Below, piece by piece: positions 36,623 to 48,275 of a stretch of 64,000 nt of DNA. The DNA is from Octopus sinensis (Eukaryota). Below the pieces are notes generated by a model. That model had not been told where the DNA came from and searched no databases. It worked only from the letters and a program-made list of their open reading frames with translations. Position numbers and translations under genes: made by a program. Where the stretch lies: the NCBI RefSeq assembly GCF_006345805.1, contig NC_043003.1, forward strand, positions 109,492,001-109,556,000, in the 5' to 3' direction. Positions within the stretch are counted from its first letter, which is position 1. Each line of letters opens with the position of its first letter.

Positions 36623-36995
36623 AGGAGGCGCAATGGCCCAGTGGTTAGGGCAGCGGACTCGCGGTCGGAGGATCGCGGTTTCGATTCTCAGACAGGGCGT
36701 TGTGAGTGTTTATTGAGCGAAAACACCTAAAAGCTCCACGAGGCTCCGGCAGGGGGTGGTGGCGACCCCTGTTGTACTCTTTCGCTCCAACTTTCTCTCA
36801 CTCTTTCCTCCTGTTTCTTGTCCCCGACTTCCTACGCAACCGCCGAGCCTGGATGCGCATTCATCCATCCGTCGATGCTACCGGTGTCGGGGGTTGACCT
36901 GCTTTCTCTTCTGCGGGTCTAACGAATAGCAAAGGACCACGTTTCGGACCTCTCCCATCTTGCGAGCTCTGGGACGAAGACCGCTTCGCTCAACA
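36623..36995 (+). mobile_element. SINE family E (tRNA-Arg-like head)
   Basis: GGAGGCGCAATGGCCCAGTGGTTAGGG (A box) ... GGTTTCGATTC (B box); (AAAC)n after the tail. Confidence 0.85.
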
Positions 36996-37566
36996 AACAA
37001 ACAAACAAACAAACAGTAGTAGCAATAAGAACAGCAGCAACCACTGCCGTCATCGTCATCATCATCGTCATCATTTTCCTCATCGGCCTCTCCGTTGCCT
37101 TCGTCGATGCTGAGCTAATGTCCAACTGAATTTACGGTCCCTGAAAAAAAAAGAAAAGATATCAAAACCGACCACCTGAGTATCCCCCTCTCAATACTCC
37201 TGTAGGTACTCAATACTCCTGCAGAGTACGAATAAGTCATAATTCAATATTCTATTTAGAAGCGCACTAATCTCACCCACCTCTCTTGCTTCTGTTCTTA
37301 AATCCCCCGTGGAGACAACGTCCTCGTCTTGTTTAGTACCCTAACCATTCCGATGAGTATTACTTCTTAGTATCCATCTATTCTAATGACTATAACATTT
37401 TTTCGTTATTACCTCCGTCCTAGCGAAGGCAGTGGCGTTGTTTTCATCGTGTTTGTTTGTTTGTTTGTCCGTGGAAAGATATCTCAAGAAACTCTGGATA
37501 AATTCGGATGAAATTTCCAAGAATGTTTCGCCTCGTGACGGGCACGAACTGATTAGATTTTGGGAT

Positions 37567-39235
37567 GTGCTTTTTTATTACCCATAAAGGACCAACATAA
37601 AGGGACATAGATTACATTGGGGACATACAACAATTTAAAAAAATAAAATAAAATGAAACGTATGATACAATGTAAGATGAAAAATTGTAAAAATGAAAAT
37701 AGTGTTACCTGCCCCATCAAGTAACATTAGTTGCTTCCTTTCTCCTGCTCCCCATTCTGTCCATTTTATACTTCTTTTTCAGTTCTATGAAATCTATATT
37801 CCGTGGAAGCGCTTCCTTGTCCAAGTCAACCTCTCACAGTTCATAATCCCCGTTGTGCTTCTCTACTTCCGTCTTTTGCTGTTAATAATTTCCCCACCTC
37901 GTTATTTTCGTCCTCATCCTCTACATAAAAGAAACCCGTGTTCTCCCATTTGATTACCTTTTCAAACAGGTCATCATCATATATTAAACATGCAAAACAG
38001 GGAGGGGAATATTTGTGGATCATTGTGTGTGTGTGATCTTTTGTTTTGTTTTGTGAAGAAGGGGAATGGGAAGGCTTATTGTCTTCAGGGCGAGGGGGAG
38101 ACAAAGAGGGTATGGGTGGGCCTTGGGTATTTGTTGGGGGAAGTTCTGTGTGTACTGGACTTGTTTTCTTCCTCTTCCTTCTCTTTCTTTTTCCCATTTT
38201 TCCCATTCTTCCTCTTTTTTTGGAACCGTTTCTTCCTCCTCTCGTCCTTCCTGGGGCTTCTCTTGTGTCTTTTCTTTATGGTCTTCTTGTAATACCTCCA
38301 CTCTTTTATCCGGTGGAGGGCATTTCGCTCTTATGTGGCCCTTCTGGCCACATTTGAAACGGCGAGGTATTCTGCCCTCCACCCTTACATTCAATATGGT
38401 ATCGTTTACAGTTACCGTTTCCACCATTTCTTCTATTGACTCATTCAAACCTTGAATTATATTTAAAACTTGTCCTTTCCAATTAACGCTTTTCGTCTTT
38501 GTGGCCTGGAGCACCACTATTTTGTCCTCGGTTTCAGCCAAGACAACGGCCGCTATCCAGGCCACATCTATCTCCGGTGGAATTCCTTCTACCCTTACCC
38601 GAGACGCTCTCAGTCCCAGGTACGTGGGTAGAAGTACTAGCTCTTCGTCCCTTAGTGGTGTTGCCGCATATTTTTTCGCCATATTTTCGTTTTTATATCT
38701 GACTTCGACTTCTCCAAATTTAGCCCCTCTGGCAAGGTATGTTATTTCTTGCCAGACTGGCCTCAGCACCTTCTCTATTTGCTCTGTTGCCATACGGTCA
38801 ATTTTACCTTTCTTAACCGAGTAGGTCTTGTACATCACCGTTCTACTTTTCACTATTTTTGTTGTTCCTTGCGGCGAGGTTACTTGCGCGTTTTAACCGT
38901 CCCGACTTAATAGTTTCTTGTATTTACCTATTTCTATCTCAACATTGTCATCCGACTCTCGGGCGACGTCCGCAAACTTCCTCTTTCTTCCTTCCAATTT
39001 CTTGTCCATATCATCAATAACCTTTAATAGTTCATCCTCAGAAGCTGACAACTCCGACCCGCTAAGGTCTGAGTAAAACAAATTTCTTTTGTTAGCCATT
39101 TCCAACTCTCAATGAGGGAAAGCACGAACAGCTGCTATAAAGCAGCACACAACAATTAAAACTTCACAAAAGCAATTCAACAGACAAAAAGTACCAAGAA
39201 CAAAATTACTACCTACTCGCACGCACTGATTCGGC
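37567..39235 (-). mobile_element. ORF1-only non-LTR element (HAL1-like, L1/Tx1-derived)
   Basis: 8-bp TSD TTTGGGAT at 37559-37566 and 39236-39243. One disrupted ORF, 3' UTR ending AATAAAAAAGCAC, no endonuclease/RT, no TIRs. Confidence 0.7.
37841..39099 (-). pseudogene. Disrupted ORF1/gag-like nucleic-acid-binding protein with a degenerate CCHC knuckle (about 420 codons)
   Basis: ORFs 38893-39105 and 38020-38853 share a frame, separated by one TAA. RFKCGQKGHIRAKC is CX2CX4HX4C with the first Cys codon read as CGT. A probable frameshift near 38210 leads into ORF 37841-38206. Confidence 0.65.
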
Positions 39236-39489
39236 TTTGGGATCGATCGGTACTGGACAAGGATTCTGGATTATTTTTGTTTTTCTTTTACTTAATTTTT
39301 GAGAGAGGTCGGGTTCATTTTTAGTATATTCGTTTGTGAGAGCAGTTGAGTTTATTCCGATATTCTCATTTTAAAAATCATCTCTGGCTAATCGCTGAGA
39401 GGACGTTGGTGTTGCCTTGGCGGAGGTTTGCGCTCGCTGAAAGCTCTTGTTGTTGTTATGTTGTGTTGATTGAACGGAGTCCCGTGATC

Positions 39490-39800
39490 CATACATGGCC
39501 TGGAACTCAGTCGGTTACGACGACCAGTGTTCCAGTTGATTCGATCAATGGAAAAAAACCAGCTCCTGGAATGAACGTGCAAGCGACTGAGCACTCCACG
39601 GACACGCGTACCCTTAACGTTGTTCTCAGGGAGATTCAGCATGCCACAGAATGTGACAAGCTTGGCCCTTTGGATTACTGGTACAACTCGTTTTTGCCAG
39701 CTGAGTGGACTGGAGCAACGTGAAATAAAGGGTCTTTCTCATAAAGAGTCTTAAGATCATGAGCTGAACACCCTAACCACTAAGCCACGCTCCTTCACAA
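39490..39800 (-). mobile_element. SINE family D head with tail 3
   Basis: Same tail as the plus-strand copy at 55381-55700. Confidence 0.7.
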
Positions 39801-39987
39801 TGATCCATATATACAGGGCAACAAATTACCATGCGCCACTTAGTCAACAGAGGACCTCACTGTGCGATCCGACAGAGGCACAGTGCCATATTCTGGAGGT
39901 GTTGCATTTTTAGTTTTCCATTGTGTTGTCTCTTTTTGTATGTAGTAAGTTGAAAAGCTTCGATCAACTGAGAATATCAGAGCAATT

Positions 39988-40260
39988 ACTCTTTACTCTT
40001 TTTACTCTTTTACTTGTTCCAGTCATTTGACTGCAGCCATGCTGGAGCACCGCCTTTAGTCGAGAAAATCGACCCCGGGAACCCCAGGACTTATTCTTTG
40101 GATGCCTAGTACTTATTCCATCGGTCTATTTTGCCGAACCGCTAAGTTACGGGGACGTAAACACACCAGCATCGGTTGTCAAGCCATGTTGGGGGGACAA
40201 ACACAGACACACAGACATATACAGACACGTACACACACACATATATATATATATATATAT

Positions 40261-40291
<31 letters not shown>

Positions 40292-40456
40292 CGACAGGCT
40301 TCTTCCAGTTTCCGTCTACCAAACCCACTCACAAGGCATTGGTCAGCCCGAGGCTATAGTAGAAGACACTTGCCCAAGGTGCCACGCAGTGGGACTGAAC
40401 CCGGAACAATGTGGTTCGTAAGCAAGCTACTTACCACACAGCCACTCCTACACCCA
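39988..40456 (-). mobile_element. SINE family A, full length
   Basis: Near consensus; (TTTTACTC)n tail. Confidence 0.9.
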
Positions 40457-40603
40457 TGTATAGTATACAAAATCTACCTCTTTTTGATTCACCCCCCCAA
40501 AAAAACCCCAAAAAACAAGCGAGGGAAATGACTCCGATATGATGAGTTGATCGAACATTTGATATTGATAATACAGATTGTAATAAAGCCAACTGTTGAA
40601 GAG

Positions 40604-40639
40604 CAAACGTGTTTCAGCCTTTACTAGGCCTCATCAGTG
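40604..40639 (-). ncRNA. Hammerhead-ribozyme-like core
   Basis: Minus strand CA-CTGATGA-GGCCT agta AGGCT-GAAAC-AC-GTT-TG: canonical core and 5-bp stem II, but stem I is only 2 bp. Confidence 0.4.
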
Positions 40640-41294
40640 AAATATATTCTGATCATTTGGCAAGGCTAAGAGTAATAAACACGTACACACACACACACAC
40701 ACACACACAATTTTAACAAGCCTTTTCACAGTATTTTTTTCTTCTGAAATTATTGTCACACATTTGTCAAAATTGTAGACATCTTGTTAAATTTCTTCTG
40801 ACATAATTTACATATGCTTTTCTTTCTATTGTTTTTGTTTCTTCTCCCCACCTTTTTTTTTTTAGCGGGCAGAGAAGGAATGGTGACAGTACCATCAAAA
40901 AGGTTGCATTTTCTTATAGATAAATTCTATAACGAAGAAAAGATGTTTTCGGTTGTTATGGAAAAGGAACAGAAAGTAAGTAATCAACCGATTTTGTGGC
41001 AATGCATAATCATAATCATAAAATATAATACTCGAATATGCACAATTTTTTGAACCTATGTACGTAACTCGGTATTCATGGATGTCTAACTTGAAACAAA
41101 TGTAGTTGTTAAGATACTACTGATGAATTTCGTCATCATGTAAAGGATTTGGATTTAAAGGACTACCATTCTCTAATTCTTGCCTCATCGTATATTTTAT
41201 GCATCGTGTAATGAGAGTTGAGTGATTACAAATTGTTAATAATAGATATAAATTCTACATCATGCATTGAGTGCTATTTGATTTTTTTGAATCA

Positions 41295-41308
41295 CTACTA
41301 CTACTACA

Positions 41309-41384
<76 letters not shown>

Positions 41385-41385
41385 T
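41295..41385. repeat. (TAC)n microsatellite abutting a splice acceptor
   Basis: Directly visible. Confidence 0.95.
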
Positions 41386-41403
41386 ATTCTGCTTTCTTTA
41401 CAG

Positions 41404-41520
41404 ATCAACGAACTGAAACTGCTTCTTTACCAACAGCAGATGACGAACCGAGAACTGCAAGAAAAACTGTTACAGTCGTATTACAATCCTCACGCCTATG
41501 ACACCGTATCACAGAGCACT
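41404..41520 (+). CDS. Uncharacterised protein, exon 3 (coiled-coil-like)
   Basis: Acceptor CTTTCTTTACAG, donor T|GTAAGA; phase 0 to 0. Encodes INELKLLLYQQQMTNRELQEKLLQSYYNPHAYDTVSQST. Confidence 0.85.
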
Positions 41521-41645
41521 GTAAGACAATTATCAATTAATTATTTTAAGTTTGCGAGCCATTGACGAATGAAGTAATCAAATGACCCACGTACTCACTG
41601 CAGTAATATATGTGTAATTGAATCCGTACACATTTACATATTTGT

Positions 41646-41683
<38 letters not shown>

Positions 41684-43149
41684 GCATAGACTCATACATA
41701 TAGCATAACCTACAATCAGGGAGAAGAAAATAGTAACTTTTTTGTATAATGGGGTTTGTATAACCCATTAGATACTCATATACCTAAAAAGTAAAAAAAA
41801 ATAAACATTCAGTTATTTATAAACACTTCATTAACTGTGAACCACTCACCTGGTTTGTGTGTGGTTCGTACACATTACACTGAAAATAGGAAAACATCAT
41901 TTGTTTTCGTCTGAAAATATTCCATGGTCTGTGCTTGACAATTGACTGCATGAGTGTGAGACACATTTTCTAAAGGTTTTCCCGGCAAATTTTCCCAATC
42001 AAATTCCGATGTATCGCTGGCCGTTAATATATTTCGATGTTTGCGAATAGTTTTGGTTAAATATTATATATAATTAATATATATAATCTGTTAAGTGAAG
42101 CTAGTAATTGACTAGCATAAAAATAGAGATTATGGTTTGACTTTGTCTCAGCCATAGTGTTATACTGATAATGAAATTTTAATGACGAATCTTCTTCCTT
42201 CGTTTCAAAACCGAATCCCAATTTAGAAACTGAATTTGAACACACATAGACACACACAAGCACACACACACACACACACACACATACGCACGCACGAACA
42301 CGCGCGCGCGCACACACACACAGATGCATACACATACAAAGACAACCATACTCACAAGAAGAAGGAAAGAGGGAGAAAGGGAGGGAGGGAGGGAGGGAAG
42401 AAATAGGAAAGGGAGAGGAAAGAAAGAGAGGGAGAAGCAGATAGAGGGGGCTGTTTACGTGTGCAATATTATTCAGATTTAATATCATCGCATTGGGCGT
42501 GGCTAATTTTTACTAATTACACTGTTAAGAGTTGGGACCAGGTTCCGTTTTTAGTTAACTTACTCTCTTCCCTTAACATCTTTAAAGATTTGAGAGCCTT
42601 AAAGAAAAACATCCCCACCGATGGTCGCTACCTTACCTGGTATGACCTCGTTGTGTTACACCTCCACACACACGTCACTATATATATATATATACATACA
42701 TGCATAAACGCACACACATATACACACATACACACATATATATCACTATATATATATATATATTTCTTTACTACACACAAGGGGCTAAATACAGGGGACA
42801 AACGGATTAAGTCGATTACATCGACCCCAGTGCGAAACTGGTACTTTATTTATCGACCCCGAGGGATGAAAGGCAAAGTCAACCTAGGCGGAATTTGAAC
42901 TCAGAACGTATATATATATATGTGTGTGTGTATATATATATACATGCATAAACACAAACACACAGATACACACATATACAGGGGTTATACATAAGATACT
43001 TTAAGTTTCAGGCTTTGATAGTACAGTAATCGGAAGGGCGTTTATAGCCTGAGTTGCAAGACATGGCAATCGTCCAGGCTCAAATAATATGGCTACTCAG
43101 TAAGGAAACGCAATAAAAATTAAAATAACGAGAAAAAAAGCAAAAAAAA

Positions 43150-44230
43150 CAAAACAGAAACGTTAAGAAATGTTCCAAAGGAACTGTGATAAATTCCATT
43201 CGTGGAATCTAGGTTATGTCCTTTTAACCCATTAAATGAAGAATATTATTAATGTGTTTAATATGTCTTAACAAGGTGTTGTCAGCTAAAACAAAATTTC
43301 TAAGTGGAGCTAGTGGAACGGTGGAAGGGCGAAAGTGTGCTAAACTGTGTGTCTAACTGTGTGAGGGATGGATGAGGGGTGCCTTCCAGTTATACGGAGG
43401 GAACTTGTCGAGATGTTTTGGTCTTATAGAGAATTTTGACCTCGAGATTTGAAAGTAGGCCCTGTTTTTCAATCTAATAAGGGTATGTGCTGTTAGTCTA
43501 TACAGAATACACACTTTTGACCCCGTTGATGTGTGGCCCAGACCTTCCTTCGATGCTTCACTTAATGGTGTCTAATATACAGCTGTCCTTCAGCTTCCAG
43601 ATATGGCATGCTAGCTTTGTGTTTGTCAAGTCACTTTCGCATAGTCCAATACTTTTTCTTTCGGTTATTTTAAATGGCAGATCGGAGGTGAACTCCTCTG
43701 AGCTAACCATGCATGCTTGGTCTACTGAGCATGTATATGAAATCCTAGTTTCAATCTGGAGTGAACATCTTAATTGATTTACGTGAAATGATGTTTTTCA
43801 TATTACGGCCGCTGCTGTAGGAAATGTGTAATGAACATCTATTGAAGATTTTTTATATCTATGGCTATCAGGAAAAGGTTAATCTATCAGGTCTAGGAAT
43901 AATTTTTTACCTATATTTGTCCTAATTCAAGAAGAAACTGGAATTACACCATATAACTTATTTAAATGGTTAGAGTAAATGCCATTTGCTTAAGGTGCTA
44001 CGGAGTGATATCGAACCCTTAACTTCAGGCTCTCCGAGTTTGTCTCTGGAGAATGAATTGTTGTTCAGATGAGAATGTTTCACCAATGTCGTGTGTTGAA
44101 ATGTGTAAATGAATTGAAGGTCAGCTAGATTTTTGATATTTCTATATTTATGCCAGTGCAGTCTGGATATAACATATTGATGGCATCGTATACTGATCTT
44201 AATGTATCGGATATTGTTGCCATTGTATAC
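43150..44230 (-). mobile_element. Decayed Penelope-like element, GIY-YIG region
   Basis: Minus strand IGLCESDL...TKLACHIWKLKD...IK*SIEGRSGPHINGVK follows the YIG...HIW.LK...W.I pattern of Penelope endonucleases. Boundaries approximate. Confidence 0.6.
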
Positions 44231-45319
44231 TGTTTTAACTATACTTTACCGCGTATGAACGCATAATTTGTTGAAATTTGAGGCAACCACGCATTAAAAC
44301 ATAACTTGAAGAAGCTTGAAGTAAACGTATTATCTTACACAAAACTACGCCACTATCGAAATTTTCGACCATATTTTGAAGATACAAAAGCTTCAATATA
44401 CTTTTGTATATTGTAATATTATATATCGGGTTGCTATCAATTGCAGTAGCGTTACGAAGCACAACCTTTGAAATATGTTGTGATATTTGAAATATGAGGT
44501 GATGCTGTGTACAAAAGAGGTTATCAATTCTCACGAAATTAGCATCAAACTGTAGTTTAAATAAAAATACCCACGTATAATATTTGTTAGCATGTAGAGT
44601 ATTTATTTCTCCTCCAGCTTTTCTGTAAAGACAGGCCGTCTAGTATTATTTTTAAACCAGACACATGAAAACTAAAAATATTCAAAATACCAAAGTATAT
44701 TTATAGTGTGTTGCCGTAAAATTAAAATTGCGGGATGTAGCTTAGGTTTTAATCAGTACAGCGCAGGTATCAATGGCGCAACGGCAACACTTTCCGGTTC
44801 GTCTGTCAGCGTTAGGGCCGCGATTAATTCAACATAGAATCTACATATATATATATATATACTTCAAGGGTATAAGTATATTTCAGTGTACCGAATAAAA
44901 ACAAATACACACGCATGCAAAAACACGCAAAAACATTTATATACACGTGCATACATCGTTCATATATACACATGCATGTATACATATATGTGCGTGCATG
45001 TGCGCATTTATGTATATATGCATGTATATCATATCTACATGTTTACATGCAACAAATATGCATAACCTATATGTATGTATACGTGCACACACACAGCGCA
45101 CGCACACACACACGCACACAAATACACACACATAACGTAATATTTGTTGCCACTCCAACGTGGCTGTTCCATACGAAACTGTGGTTCTACATTTTCGGGA
45201 GTGGTTCACTCTCTTTCTCGCAATATGTCAGACACAAGTTGTGTGTCGTTAACCAGCTGGAAAGGATGTTTTCCTGGGATTAAAATGTTGTAACACAGTT
45301 CCGTATGGAACATCCACGC

Positions 45320-45500
45320 TGAAGTGAAATTGTTTCTCTCCTTGTTTCTCTCCGTGTTTCTTTTCTGTGTATCTTTCTGTTGAAGAGCGTAGGCTCGAAA
45401 CGTAAAAGACTTATTTTATTTCTATTCCTGAGCGCCATACTAATACAATTGTTTGTTTGTACTCCACCAGCCTTCGTCTTTTGTTTATTTTCGTTATATA
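45320..45500 (+). mobile_element. Penelope-like 3' tail with a hammerhead-like motif at 45372-45409
   Basis: TCTTT-CTGTTGA-A-GAGC gtag GCTC-GAAAC-GTA-AAAGA; homologous minus-strand tails at about 50487-50680 and 56050-56250. Confidence 0.6.
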
Positions 45501-45555
45501 TTTATATACATGGGTATAAGTATATATATCTCACACACACATTTAAGTACATGTG

Positions 45556-45586
<31 letters not shown>

Positions 45587-45677
45587 TTGTGTGTGTATGT
45601 TTGCTTGTGTGTGCATGTGCTCGGTTCTCTCATCTAATCTCACATAAACTTTCCTCTGTTATACTATTTCAAAATAG

Positions 45678-45810
45678 ATGAGAGAAAACTTTATCCGGGG
45701 CATGAATCGTGCTACAATATCTGACTACCTTGACATTAATGCTGGCTGCACTGTACCCTACGTTTCTCAGCATCCGGAGGAAAACTTCCTAGATGGCTTT
45801 AACATCGGAG
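45678..45810 (+). CDS. Uncharacterised protein, exon 4
   Basis: Acceptor TTTCAAAATAG, donor GAG|GTAAGT. Open only in phase 0, matching exon 3. Encodes MRENFIRGMNRATISDYLDINAGCTVPYVSQHPEENFLDGFNIG; ends phase 1. Confidence 0.75.
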
Positions 45811-46699
45811 GTAAGTAGATTTTGTACGAAACGCAACTTGGTGAATCGAGAAGGTGAAAGTGTTCGAACTCATCTCGGTTGTATCTTTGAATGTCTGCAC
45901 CAAACAATTATCTCTATATTGCGTAATGTTCACCCAGCTATGGGGGATATTGTATGCTGTTTATACAATATTATAGCTTCACTCTAATAACAGCCAATTA
46001 ATGTTACCAAATGGACCTGTCGAGTATGGAAAGGTAAGTTAATAATCATCGAACATGGCTGCCCGGAAGAGTGTAGCTTGTTCTTTACTGCTGAGAACTT
46101 GAAATCAAGTCTAGAGCACGAAACTCATAGAGGAAAAAATAATTCAGTAAAAAAAAAAAAAAAAAAAGAAAAGAAAAAACATAGCTGGTCTTTAAGCGAA
46201 TCAAAGTTATGTCTCTTAGATTGGTTCCATTTAATCATTGTCCTGCTTGTTAGCAATCAAGTGGCAAATGTTTATTCCAAATTTTGTACATGTGATTGGG
46301 GGAAAGAGAAAGAAATAATGATGGTGGAGAGAGAGAGAGAGAGAGGGGGGAGATAAAGAGATGGAGAAAGAGAGAGGCATGGGAGAGTTTTTTTGAAGGG
46401 CATGCGTGGTTGCGTATTTGTATGAGTGTGGGGGAAATAAATTTCTTGTTTATGATGGGGACTACTTAAGCAGGAAGAGTAAACATTTACTGTTAGGGTG
46501 GAATCAGCCACTCCACTAAAATACATTCTCGATCTTCAGGACAATGAAAAAAACATCTCATCTTTAGAGTTAAAGTAAGCTACTGGCTGAATGGCCAAAC
46601 AGAGTCTGCACTACCTATTGTTATTGAAGTAAGATCCCCCATTCCTTATATTGTATTACATTTTCTTTCTGTAGCTAGATTTATTTTGTCAATGTGATG

Positions 46700-47930
46700 A
46701 CGTTTCATCGCTGCTGGATTTCAAAGGACTTGTGATTGCTGAGTCTGGACGTGAAAGAGCCTTCCGTTGCAGCCATGCATCTCCGTACATGCGCCGCCCC
46801 ACCAGGTTCCTTCGATACAATCTCTACCTTATACTCGATGACCTTTGTATTGAACTTATTATACTGACCGTTTAGTAGGCGTGTGGCGTTACATCTGCAT
46901 GGGTTTGGTTTGGAGCAAAATTTTGGCTAAAGTGGTTCGAGGTGTAATTAGTGATTCCCAAACATGCGCCGGATCTATCCACGACAACTTCCGCCTTATA
47001 CCATACAACATATAAAAGGTGGGCAAGAAATCTGGCACGAGTGGGGTCCTGATATATTTAGATATACTTCGATAGAGTAAACTAATAATACTTAGTGATT
47101 GTCCGCACGGAGGTTGGTTTAGATCCTGTCTGCCGCGGTTGGATCGCCGTTTATGCACAATGACACTTGCTCAGCGGTTTGGGCGAAAGGTGACCTATCG
47201 GAACCATTCGGTATCATTCACTCATTCTTTCAAGTTTATTCTCTCTCGTCCCTTCTGTACCCACTTCTCACTTGAACTACTACTGCAGAAACCAGAGATG
47301 TTTAGTGGGATCTCGTGTGATAAGGGATGTGAAAGAGCTGTGTCGGCATGCGCAGACGGCATCACCATCAATGTGTCGGACACCAAACACATCGAGGTGA
47401 TTGGCTCTACTTTAAGGAACCACGAGGCGGTGACAGGAGTAGAAACCAAGTTTAGGTGGTCGCACCTGGAGAGGCAGGTCCATGCTGTCCAACAGTGTCG
47501 AAAGACACTGGACGGATGGACCAGTTAAATTGTTCGAGGCCTGTTTTGATGCAGAACTCTAGGAGGAGAACTGAGACTAAATAGCGAGTAGGGTGGTTAA
47601 TCTCACCTAGAAATAGGCCGAGAGAAAGCTACTCTTGAAGGGTTGGACGGAGGTGGCGAATGCTTAGATCGCCTCCGTCATGTAGTTTCGCCTGACCGTC
47701 GTACTTTGTCCCAGTTCGCATCTGACCGGACTGGAACACCTGCTCTTCCGCTTTCTATGGGGAAGACGCGTTCTACTGGTCAGACGCTCCACTTGTTATC
47801 TACAACCGTTGAGTATAGGACTGAGCATTACCCATGGCTGATGGTGCGCGGTCATGCGCTGAGGTTGCGACATCTTAAGCAATTCCTTGACGATGAACGA
47901 ATGAGGTCAATGTCAAAGAATTGATAGAGA
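46700..47930 (+). mobile_element. Decayed L1/Tx1-like LINE reverse-transcriptase fragment
   Basis: SIHDNFRLI, AVSACADGITINVSD (degenerate YADD) and LEHLLFRFLWG...PWLMVRGHALRLRHL. Confidence 0.7.
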
Positions 47931-48059
47931 TGTAGCAGCCTCGTCAAACTTGCATTTCCAGGGCTTGCGTTTTTGAAAACTGAATGCCCGTTCAATACAC
48001 GCAAGCCAAATATATTGGCTCAGGTACTTAACTGAATGCTTAAGTTATATGTATGTATA

Positions 48060-48275
48060 AAGCGGCGAGCCGGCTGAATCGTTGGTATGCCGGAAAATAT
48101 GCTTCGCAGTACTTCGTCCGTCATTACGTTCTGAGTTCAAATTCCGCTGAGGTCGACATTAGCTTTCGTCTCCTCGAGGATCGATGAAATATGTACCAGT
48201 TGAGTACTGGGGTCGATGTAAAAGCTTTGCATCCTCCCCACAAATTGAAGTCCTTGTACCTACAGTAGAAAGATT
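48060..48275 (+). mobile_element. SINE family B, tail variant 2
   Basis: Head AAGCGGCGAGCCGGCTGAATCGTT; followed by (ATGT)n. Confidence 0.75.

Larger units (their letters stand above)
37398..39452 (+). mobile_element. Helentron-associated (HINE/DINE-like) non-autonomous repeat, interrupted by a 1.67-kb insertion
   Basis: Subterminal inverted repeats ACCTCCG(T/C)C at 37411 and GGCGGAGGT at 39419, internal (GTTT)n, T-rich flanks. Host sequence is continuous across the TTTGGGAT duplication. Confidence 0.55.

Noticed and set aside
36623-36700. tRNA-like sequences with A and B boxes (also 21548, 55381 and family A heads)
   Set aside because: They cannot close an acceptor stem and continue into SINE bodies present in many copies; SINE heads, not tRNA genes.
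45938-46574. Nearby acceptors (45937, 45976, 45993, 46539) as the direct continuation of exon 4
   Set aside because: In phase 1 each hits a stop within 1-16 codons; kept only as a speculative alternative path.
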